Shown: piece by piece, positions 13,901-24,860 of the stretch
How positions within the stretch are numbered: the first letter of the stretch is position 1
How the letters are laid out: each line of letters begins with the position of its first letter
From: Epiperipatus broadwayi
Lineage: Eukaryota > Animalia > Onychophora
NCBI GenBank assembly: GCA_028023455.1
Contig: JAQFVV010000003.1
Location: 12,524,001-12,588,000 of the forward strand
Direction: 5' to 3'
Length of the DNA: 64,000 nt
Position numbers and translations under genes: made by a program
The notes under the pieces: generated by a model
What the model was told of the DNA's origin: nothing
The model's input: only the letters and a program-made list of their open reading frames with translations
The model's database searches: none

Positions 13901-15214
13901 TATTTAAATCTGACTGTATAATTGTCAATTATTTATTTAAGAACTATTTTGCTTCCCACACTCATTATATACAAATGATTTTAAATGTAATCGTGTTTTA
14001 AATGCCCATCTCTTATATTTTGTAATATATATATATATAACAGATTTATTTGTAATATCTTATTTTATTGCTGATTGGTTTTTGGACGACCAATTAACAA
14101 ACTTTTACATTGTTTGTCAAAGCCACATCAAAACGAATTAATGAAAATAACCAAGTTGTATAAACAAAGACTTAACTTATTTTGTACTAAGTTCCTTAAT
14201 ACATTCCTGTAATATTGTTATTTTAAATAAGCTTAGTTTGTCATCACTCCCAATCTCTAAGGTTAATTACTCTATTTATTTAAATATTTCTTTGATTTAA
14301 ATTCACTTCTTTGTAATGTTGCCATAAAGAATTATCATTATTACGGTTCAAACCATTACTAATCGGTCGAATCATATCTGTACCATTCTGCAATCATCAG
14401 AATCCATTAAATCATTGATTTTTCATATAAACCCTTTTATAATTTTGAGTCTCTATGTGAACCATGACCTCCAGCTGGAACGGAATAAAACCAAGCACTG
14501 CTAGTGTCATCACAAACGTTATCCATTAGTCAGAGAGGCAATAGTTTAGGCAAATAGGTTAGGATTCATCCTTATCCTGACATATGTATCTTGTGCATGG
14601 TTGGATTCAAGGTACTTTTGCTCGGATTATTGGTCTTGTTGAATGAATACACGATTTTGACCGACATAATATATATATATTAAAGTCTTTAGAAAGAAAA
14701 ATTCTATCTTCTATTGACATTAATGTAATGACACTATCCAATCAAAAATTAAAAACTTTCTCTATACTTTTTGAATGTAATTTTGAAGCATAAGCACTGA
14801 CATATTGTAAACAAGTAGCACTGCATAAACACATTTTTAATACAGTAGTATTTTACTGATACATGACAAATAGAAGATACCAATTTTGACCTCATAATGA
14901 GTCCAACAAAGATGTAGCTTCTTTCCAATAAGTGAAATGATCTTCCAAAAGACTTTAGAAACATGTTAATTTGATTTAACTTGCTATTTCTAAAAGTCAA
15001 CTTTATAAATTTTAAATCATGACAATTCCTCAACTACAAGCATTGTTCTACAGATCTTGAACAGCCAAAGTAAAGTTCACACACACCATGTATTTATAGG
15101 GGAGAATATATATATATTTATTTATAAATTTATGTATATTATTTTAAAGAAATACAGACATTGATTTGTAATATTATTATTATATATATATATATATTGT
15201 GGTGATACAGAAAA

Positions 15215-15370
15215 AAGAATGATATGGGGAAATGACAATCACATCATCATCCACTGGATAAAATAAATAGTAATCAACAAATATAAAATACATATATATA
15301 TAAAAGGAACATGAGCATGAAAGAATCCATTTAATAAAAATAAGATATTTGAAGAAGTATACATTGCATC
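15215..15370. repeat. Local dispersed duplication, second copy at ~16175-16320
   Basis: Shares ataaaataaatagtaatcaa...ataaaagga.catgagcatgaa.g.atccatttaataaaaat. Confidence 0.7.
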
Positions 15371-15549
15371 ACCAACATTATACAAAAAAAAATCAATAGC
15401 CATTCTTTGTGACAGTAGTTAAAAGAGATACATTATAAAATCTACATCAAAAGACAGATTATAACAAACTTAGGGCATAATATAAAACAATCATCTGGAT
15501 GTATATACTTACGTGCTAAAGTATATCATGAAAAATAATGCTAGGATCC

Positions 15550-15830
15550 TGACACATGCTGATCATCATCAATGCTCTTGGCCATATGCTATCATGAATG
15601 TGTAGACCTACCATAAACTAGTTTGTAATCTTTATAAATAAAGTGCAGTGGATGAACTTTAAAGGTGATCTTGATCTTTATGCCATCCAGAGAAAGGACT
15701 GGATGACCTAACACAAACATATACCTCTTCCCACATTCAAATAAATTAACAATTATTGCTCTAGAGCTAGCTCAGCATCACAAGGACCCCAAGGATTATG
15801 GTTGTAAACAAGAGAAAATAGAAATGTAAA
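15550..15830. repeat. Old dispersed repeat, homologous to ~43835-44090
   Basis: Shares gctgatcatcatcaatgctct...tttaaagg...atccag...actggatg...tagctcag...aacaagag with the 43.8-kb copy. Confidence 0.6.
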
Positions 15831-17399
15831 GAGAGAATTATCATATTATTATATCATTTCTCAATTGTTAAAAAAAATAATGCTAGAGAAATATAGACAT
15901 TAACATTATTTTTTTAAACAGTTATTTAATAAATTAATTAATAAATAATTAAAAAAATTAAGAAATATAATATAATTCCGATTCTCATACATCAAAAATA
16001 TATAATTTCATATTTTAATATGCTATATTAATTAACCTTTACTTTCTGCTTTAGACCCCCTGTTTAATAATTAAATATAAAACAATATCTCAAAAATAAG
16101 AGATAGGAAAATTTAAATTAACTAAAACCCTTATTTACAATTTTGAAAGGAAAATCAAATGAATTAAAAAGTGGAAAAAGATGAAACATGAAGTGATGAC
16201 AATCATCCCTACTGAATAAAATAAATAGTAATCAAAAAGTATAAAAGCAATAAATATAAAAGGAGCATGAGCATGAATGCATCCATTTAATAAAAATATT
16301 ATTTGAAGAATTATAAGTTGCAATATATTTACTTATACTATTTTCTTAATAATTAATTATAGTATCACAATTTTAGAGTAACATAAAATAATGATATATT
16401 TTCTTTATAATATTCCTTATCTTTTGTAATTGTCCAACAAATGTAACCTATTAGATTTGTTGATCACTATCCTTTCCTGAAATCACCTTATAGATATGGA
16501 ATTTTTCTAATCTGCAGTAAATATTTCTACATATTCTTACATATGTTCTGTCAAGATGATACTATTATAAAAATATTTCCTAGAAATCATTAACCCACTG
16601 AATGGCTTTTTGGATTAATATGAATAATTTAGCCAATACTTTTATTGACTTTTCAATAAAATTTCTTAAACATTATCATCAATTATGATAACTGCTCTTA
16701 ATTTCAACAAAAGTTATCTTGAAAAAATATCTTACATTTCAAAATTTCATTAATATTTTTTTACTTATCTTTTTCAAAAACTTTTATACTATTAATTTTA
16801 TCTTTTTATTTATCTCCTCTTCCCTCAACTCCACAATCCTAAAGCTTACAATCATTCCTCTTTTCTTTTCCTGCCACATTCTCTGTACTATTTGAAGTTA
16901 CATTCTAAACATTTAGCAAGCCTCTTTTTTTTTAAAATCTAATTTCAGATCAAAAATAATTGTTATTTATAATATTAGTTAATTAAATTTTTAAATATTT
17001 CAAATCATTAACCTAACCTATCTTGTTTTATCTCCAATCATGATAATTGCCTGAGTTTATTTGCATTCCAAATTTCAGTAATCTTAAATAATATTGCATT
17101 AAAAATCATTCTTAATTTTAAAACTAAGAACAATAATCTCCATATTAAAATTTTGCAGTCAATATTTATTTGTGCTCCCTCCACTCCTCTTTGTTTTCTT
17201 TCTTGGTAAATTCACATTACTAATATGTACTTGTTGGAGTTATTTTTCATAGCAAATTAATATTACAATGAAATGAATATATTATTTTATTATAATATTA
17301 ATTAAAAGTACTATATTTTAAAACTGTCATAAAAAATATTGGTATTTATCCTTTCAATAAAATGTGAAGACTTTATTTCACATGATTTTTTTCTCAATC

Positions 17400-18262
17400 A
17401 AGTAGGTATTATTTAGATATATTTTGCAATGTATATAATTGTATTTACTTGTGAAAGGAAATTAATCTTCACACATGTACTAGTAGATTAAGTTTATGTA
17501 CACTCATCTGTCAATAAGTGATTCAAAAAAATAAATTTAACACTTATACTTAGAGCTTATTTTTATATAAACTAACTCTCATTGACCATGCTTAAATCTG
17601 GATTTGAAATTATTATGAACCTGATATTTCGATTGACAAATTATTTGTAAAAATTTAATTTATAAATTACAGGGAAGAGAAATTTTTTCATTTTTAAGTA
17701 CATGGGATTTTGAATTATACTAGTTTGAATATATGTAAATAATTAATTTAGTGATGTATATAATTGCAATCTTGTGGAAGAAAATTAATTTTCACACATA
17801 TTCTATTAAATTAAATTTACATGCACTCACCAATCAATAAGTTTTTAAAATCATAACTGTAACACTTATGTTTAGAGCTTATTTGAGTGCACATAAATTT
17901 AATCTAATAACACATGTGTGAAGATTAATTTCTTTGCAAAAGATTACAATTACATACATTGCTAAATTATTTATTTACAAATATTCAAACTGATATGCTT
18001 CAAAATTGCAGGTACTTAAAAATGAGAAACTTTCTCTTCCCTATGATATATAAACTAAATTTGTACAAACAAATAATTTGTCAATTGAAACATCAGTCTC
18101 ATAATAAGTTCAATTTCTAATTTAAGCACAATCAAAAGGATTGATTTATATAAAAATAAGCTCTAAGCATAAGTGTTACACTTATGCTTTTAAAACACTT
18201 ATTGTTGGGTGAGTGCATGTAAATGTAATCTAATAGCACATGTATGAAGATTAATTTCCTAT
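17400..18262. repeat. Tandem plus inverted array with a ~326-bp unit
   Basis: Direct unit from ~17400 repeated from ~17730 to 17883, then an inverted arm 17884-18262 (TGAGTGCA at 17884 and 18210). Confidence 0.75.
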
Positions 18263-18649
18263 ATTAGAATACTATAACCAAACTATAACATTTGACAAAC
18301 TTCAGTTTTGCTATAACTTACCACCTTCTTAACCCAATCTATTTTAGCATCTCAATTTTAGAACAATATCATAAATTTAATTAAGTCTTTATATCTTTAA
18401 TTTCCTTTTAATATTAAAAAATAATAATTCTATCATAGTTTATTATTATATAATCAAATGGTTAATTGTTTGGGAGATCATGTACATTCAAAGACTAAGT
18501 GGGACCGATTGTCTTCAATACAGCCTTTATCTCTTGAATCAGTAACTCTACAAATGAGATAAACTGCACAGAGTATATTTATTGTTTGGCAAATCTAACT
18601 TATTCTATCCTTCCCTGCTTCTATCATCTTGAAGCATATATATATATAT

Positions 18650-20401
18650 TGTAATGGTCAGAACTCGTATACCTTGTTAATCTGTTGCAGAATTCCACCA
18701 CCAGGTTTGAAGAGCAGCACAACAGGTGTGTTTAGGGCCTGTGATACCGTGTTTGAACCTAGGCAGCTGATTTCACAACAAACAACTACAGGACAACGGG
18801 CCTGCCACAACAATAGCAAACATCTTTCTAGGCCCAGTGGTCAGGTAGATGCAAGAGACCCTAATAAATTACATTAACACTACGGGTTATTATGGTTTGA
18901 TGCCTTAATCATGATCGAGATGAGATACTTTGATTAATAATGTTAAGAATAACAGACAAGCAGACATATATAGAAATCAAAACAATATTTAATAACATTT
19001 ATAAGCTAACTTACAAGAATAAAATATGACTCTATATAGTCTTTATCTTAGCCTACATTTTAATTTATACGTTGCTCAGGTATCAGTAAATGATTACATC
19101 CCATGCCTCACAGTGAAATATCCAATTTAAGCAAGATAACAATACAAGATCAAATATGCGTGCACTTACCAACCCAGCGACCACCATATGTATGTTGAGA
19201 AAGAATCTATTAAGTTGGGTCCATTAATAAGGCCTTTAATGTGCAAGGCATGGAAATGGTTCTTAGCATAGATATTTAGGACTACAACTATAATAATCTG
19301 TGATGGGTGCAAATGATGCCGAGTATTTAGGAAGAACGGGCTTTGCAATTGCGAAAGCATTTGGAAACCCTAGAGATGAGAGAATGGCCAAATGTCGGAC
19401 CGAACCCTTCAGAGTGGTCACATAGGCAGTATTGGTGTGAGGTCTTTGCCTTTCCATTTTTGACTGTGTGACAAGGTCAGCACCCATGGGATCATTTCTT
19501 TATGTCCTATTATCTGGGAGCAAATTTAGGAGAAGGATATGTATACTCTGTTTCCACAGCCTAAACGACTAGCATCTATACGGTCTAGCACAAGTCAAAG
19601 TAAAACATTAATCATTATTACACTTTATAAATAAAGAATCAATTTCCCAGCCCCCACATCGCTTAACTAAATTAATATTTGCCCAAAATTTAGTGATATT
19701 ACGGGTTAATTAGGTTGTTATACTATGGTCCAACACAAAACTCAACAACATGGGATGATGGCCAAGATAGCCAGCATGCTGCACTAAAATTTATATAATC
19801 TTGCCTCACTATCATTTATAATAAAATCTAATGTAATCAACTTATAATTCCCGAGCTGACTATTTATAAAAGAATGTTGCAAAATAGAAATGTGCACCAA
19901 TGAGCAGCAATTATTAACGAATTTATTTATGATATAATATCAGCTCGGATATCATATAGGCATAAAATATAACACAGAACAAAATAGTAACTAAATAGAC
20001 ACCCAAGTAAATAGATAAGACATGGATAGACTTGATTAGATTTATATAATACATTAAACAGAATTTCATTTAAGATTTACGAGGTAAGGATAAGATTTCA
20101 AATTTACAAAAAAAATAATATAATGGAAATTTAAAACTAAGAGTCCTAAAGAAAGTCTTTAATCTTGGGTATCGTTTACCGTTGATTATTTGAAGTGTGC
20201 ACACTCTGTTTGTAGAAACCAGGGTTCATTCATTAATAGCATCAGTTATATTATTATAATTAGCATTCACATTATGAATCCACAGGCAGCAGTCCGGCTT
20301 TGATTCGTTTCACTTAGATCGAATGGGAAGTTTAGCATTTCCATAGCCATAGGTTGGAGGATATAGCACTGACCTCTACTCCTTGCACATTGTCAGTTAC
20401 A
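18650..20401 (-). mobile_element. Probable solo LTR (Ty3/Gypsy-like)
   Basis: Starts TGTAA and ends TTACA. A 1.75-kb block of higher GC with retained CpG and no recognisable ORF. No clean TSD; orientation tentative. Confidence 0.55.
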
Positions 20402-21902
20402 TAGAATAAACACTTTTTTGTTCTTTGATTTATATTATTCTATATCAGGGGCCCCAACCTTCTTGCTAAGAGCACTTCTATTACCCCCCCCGGGGGGGGG
20501 GCGCCAGTTTTTTTTATCTAAATTTGTGGGTGGTTTTTTTTATAATTCAACTTTTTTACTTGATTATTTTTTTTTAAAAACAAAATATAAAAAAAAAATT
20601 TTTTTTTTATATATTTTATTTAAAAATATATTTTTTTTTTTTTTTTTTAAAAATATATTATTTAATACTTTATTTTTATAATAAAAAAATAATAATTAAT
20701 AATATTATATTTATATATAAAATAATATTAAATTTTTTTAGAGTTAAGATAGGCCCAAGGAAACATGGTGGGGGCATCCTGTCTATATGATACGAAACTT
20801 TAGCTTTTATTACTTTCTTTCTTATCCCTTGGATCCATCGCACAGTGCGTCATAAAAGCAATCGGTCTCTCAGGTCAGTGCTATTATTATTCCCTCAGGA
20901 AAGAGATGCATTAGTGGCACATGTTGAGATCAATCCGACCACATTTTTCTCTGCCTCGATTTGGTAGATTAGAGGCACATGGTGAAATCGCGATTTCAAT
21001 CCGACCACATTTTATTTTACATTTTCTTTTTTTTTTCTTTTGTTTACATTTGACTTATTTAAAATGCTTTTAACAAAATTACTTAATGTCAAGTTTCAGG
21101 AATATTTTTCAGTTCTATCTCTTTTCCCCCTCCCACCATAACTTATAATTTTATCAGAAGACCCAAGGGGATTTCTATTTGCATTGATGCTTTAAATTTC
21201 TTAATAAAACATTATTTAAATTAATAACTTTTGGATATTAAGTCAAAATAAATCTTAACTGTAAACAGATTTTATTTTATATTATTAGCATTTATTAATT
21301 TATCGATTATTTTATATAACGTGATATAACTTTAAAACTTATTTTTTATATCACAGTGTGTGCATATATGTGATGTTTTTAATGAAAATGTACATATATT
21401 TTATAATAGTATCCACACACAGTCCAATATCCGAGGTTTGAACTTAGGTAAAATGGTACTAATGGGTGAGAGGTGATGAACTGATAGAACTGAGGTGAAA
21501 CTAAGATTTCGATTCAAATCTTACTGTTTCAATATATATATATATGCTTTTGCCTGCTTTCAAATCTTCCTAATGTTATTCAATGTATTCTGTAGTCCTG
21601 CTGATAATGTTATATAATTATGGAGGTTTTCTCTATTAATAGATTATTCATATTTGGTTCTTTTTTTTTTTTTGTAATAAATTTTACTTTAATACCATCT
21701 GTATTTTCTTTATTAGGAATAATACAGGTTTGAATAACTAGATAATAGGTATTAAGTGATAATATTTGATAATTATCAGTTATTTTATCAATGTTATTTT
21801 TTACAATAGTTTATTTTATTATTCTAAAATAATAAATCCTTCATAAATTAAAAATGGTGTTAAAATTTCATACAAATAATATTATTATGAATAAGATTGC
21901 TT

Positions 21903-22135
21903 AAACATTATCTAATAACTCCATTGTGAAAATAAGCTAAAATTGAATCAGTCGATACTACAGTTTTATTCATATAATATATATATATATATATCCACAG
22001 TAGTCAGGTTTAGTTTAGCAACATTATCTAATAACTCCATTGTGAAAATAAGCTAAAATTGAATCAGTCGATACTACAGTTTTATTCATATAATATATAT
22101 ATATATAACCACAGTAGTCAGGTTTAGTTTAGCAA
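21903..22135. repeat. Recent ~117-bp tandem duplication containing a (TA)n tract
   Basis: Two near-identical copies of aacattatctaataactcc...caggtttagtttagca. Confidence 0.9.
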
Positions 22136-22712
22136 TAAATAATTAACTACCAATAATAAAACAAGTGGGGACAAAAAATTTCTAGGATTTTTTATTATTA
22201 TTAGTTTTAATAAACCAAGTTATTTGATGATCTTGAAACCTCTTATTGAAATACAAGGATCTGAGACCTCAAATCATGACAATCCAGAAAACCAGAATGT
22301 CTAGTAACTCTATAATGGATTAATGAAAAGCATTTAAATGTTTTCATCAATAGTATTATAAGCTACTATTTTGTAATAATATTAAAAATAGATAATTCAT
22401 AATCTTACAGTATTTTTCAAACAATATGTAAAACTTTTCTAGATAGATACTAATTATATATTTCAAATAGTCACCTTCAGCATGCAGAAAATATATAAGC
22501 AAAATACAGTGGTTAATAAAATAAATAAAAAAAACAATTACAGCAAAAACATATTGGTATTTATTTCACATTGAACTAATAAATAATTTTTCACAGTTCA
22601 TTATATAAGTATAGGGGATTTGAACTCAGATTTTCAAACACCCTTCAACTATCCACACTATCTCATACAACTGATACATATGACCACACACATGTAGAAA
22701 AGATAAATAATC

Positions 22713-22756
22713 ACCAATATATGTATTTCATGTTAAACTAGCACTCATCAGTTGAT
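22713..22756 (-). ncRNA. Minimal type I hammerhead A1 (core intact, one stem II mismatch)
   Basis: Minus strand ATCAA-CTGATGA-GTGCT agttt AACAT-GAAA-TACATATA-TTGGT. Confidence 0.75.
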
Positions 22757-23187
22757 CCAGATTATCATCTCCCACACACATATATAATCCGTGCTCAGTT
22801 TATATTAAGATAGCAAATCTTCATACTTTAGTGGACAGGCTTCAATCTACTCCAACTTTTCAGCCATCAATATCATTGAAAATCTGATGATGAAAACCCA
22901 AATCCCATGCTGATGCCAATATTATTGCCATACCCATGTTGACTTCCAAGTCACTCTGACCCCTCATGTATAGGACCTTATCCATTTAAATACATAGAAG
23001 AGGGATCAACAAGATACAAGCTTGATGTATAAATATTTGAAAACCAGGCACTCTTCACAAGCCTGGGAGCTTAATTGTAAGTATAGGGAATTTGAACTCA
23101 GATTTTCAAGCACCTTTTAACTATCCACATTATCTTATACAACTGATACACATGACCACACACAATGTAGAAAAGATAAAAAAAATC

Positions 23188-23228
23188 ACCAATATACATA
23201 TTTCATGCTAAACCAGCACCCATTGGTC
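23188..23228 (-). pseudogene. Hammerhead A2 with deleted catalytic core
   Basis: Minus strand ACCAA-TGG-GTGCT ggttt AGCAT-GAAA-TATGTATA-TTGGT; CTGATGA is reduced to TGG. Confidence 0.75.
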
Positions 23229-23659
23229 CAGAATTATCATCTCCCACACATATATATATAATCAGTGCTCAGTTTATATTAAGATAGCAAATCTTCATAC
23301 TTTAATGGACAGGCTTCAATCTACACCAACCTCCAACTTTTCAGCCATCCATTATCATTGAAAATCTGATGATGAAAACCCAAATCCCATGCTGATACCA
23401 ATATTATTGCCATACCAATGTTGACTTCAAGTCACTCTGACTCCTCATATATAGGACCTTATCCAGATAAATAAATAGAAGAGGGATGGGCAGGATACAA
23501 GCTTGATGTGTAAATATTTGAAAACCAGGCACTCTTCACAAACCTGGGAGCTTAATTGTAAGTATAGGGGATTTGAACTGTCCATTAAAGGATGAAGATT
23601 TGCTATCTTAATATAAACTGAGCACTGATTATATATATGTGTGGGAGATGATAATTTGG

Positions 23660-23703
23660 ACCAACTGATGAGTGCTGGTTTAGCATGAAATACATATATT
23701 GGT
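23660..23703 (+). ncRNA. Minimal type I hammerhead ribozyme A3 (core intact)
   Basis: ACCAA-CTGATGA-GTGCT ggttt AGCAT-GAAA-T acat A-TA-TTGGT: stem I ACCAA/TTGGT, stem II GTGCT/AGCAT, all core nucleotides present, predicted AUA cleavage after 23698. Confidence 0.85.
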
Positions 23704-24743
23704 GATTATTTATCTTTTCTACATACATGTGGCCATGTGTAGCAGTTGTATAAGATAGTATGGATAGTTTAAGGGTGCTTGAAAATCTGAGTTCAAATCC
23801 CCTATACTTACAATTAAGCTCCCAGGTTTGTGAAGAGTGCCTGGTTTTCAAATATTTAGTTCATTATATAAAAAAATGAATAAAAACAAATCGATGCTTT
23901 CAATGGCCATTTTACTATATTAAAAAAAAAAAGGATCACATTATAAATCAACTGAATATATAAAGATCTGTGTGTTGGAATTTATGCATCTGTCTAATAT
24001 ATTCATAATCTATGATTCAAATCTTGTACTGTTTGAACATATTTTATTTTATAGAGAGATTCCCAAGCAAGCACAGGATTTTTTTTAGGGTAACCAATCC
24101 ATGGTCAATACATTTAGTCATTCAATTGTGTATATCTAGCTATTTATAGTTAAAGACTAAACCAGATAAAAAACAAAATCAGCAGTTAGTTAATTAACAT
24201 AGTGAATAAGTTCTTCAACCAGCAGTAAACTATTTACAGCTATTTATCTTTTCCATTATGCTATTTGAGGATTGAATCTTCAGAAGTAACAAAAACTAAA
24301 TTTCCAACATTTAATGGATTTGAGAAAAAATTTTTTTTTTTTTAAATTAGAGAATAAAAGTTAAAAATAACTTTTGAATAGAAGTGTAGGATCAAAGAAT
24401 TAACATGTGGAAATGCAAAAAACAAAAGCAAAAAAAAATTAAAATAACATTGGAATGGTAAAAGATAAATAATATTTCTTATCCTAAAAGATTTTATTTA
24501 CAATTTAAGGATATAGATATAAAAGAAGGTATATATATATAAAAAAATTATTTAAGGAAATAAATTAATAATTTTTATTACACATTCATTAGACTAGAGA
24601 ATAATATGTCTGAAGTGTAATTTTCACTACATCATCATCAGGCAAGGTAGGGACTGGGAATCGGTTTCTATCCACTTTTAATATCTTGTGAAGGGGTGAA
24701 ATCATAAATAAATGACTACACACATGAAAAACATATATGATCC

Positions 24744-24786
24744 TCATTATGCACATGTCATGCTGAACCAGCATTCATCAGTTGGT
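24744..24786 (-). pseudogene. Degenerate hammerhead A'1
   Basis: ACCAA-CTGATGA-ATGCT ggttc AGCAT-GACA-TGTGCATA: perfect stem II, but GAAA is mutated to GACA. Confidence 0.7.
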
Positions 24787-24860
24787 CCAGATCACAATTT
24801 CTTATACATATCTCTATCATTGTTCAATATATATAGATAGTCAATTACTAAAATTTAATT

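Larger units (their letters stand above)
22609..23857. mobile_element. Hammerhead-bearing tandem array A (two ~475-bp direct units plus an inverted partial unit); Penelope pseudo-LTR or retrozyme-like
   Basis: Units start at 22609, 23081 and 23562 (periods 472 and 481); inversion from ~23580 to 23857. The whole array is flanked by the 14-bp direct repeat AGTTCATTATATAA (22595-22608 and 23858-23871). Confidence 0.85.

Noticed and set aside
24615-24650. Second CTGATGA...GAAA in the array A' unit
   Set aside because: No stem II pairing, and the motif is not conserved in the other copies of the unit.
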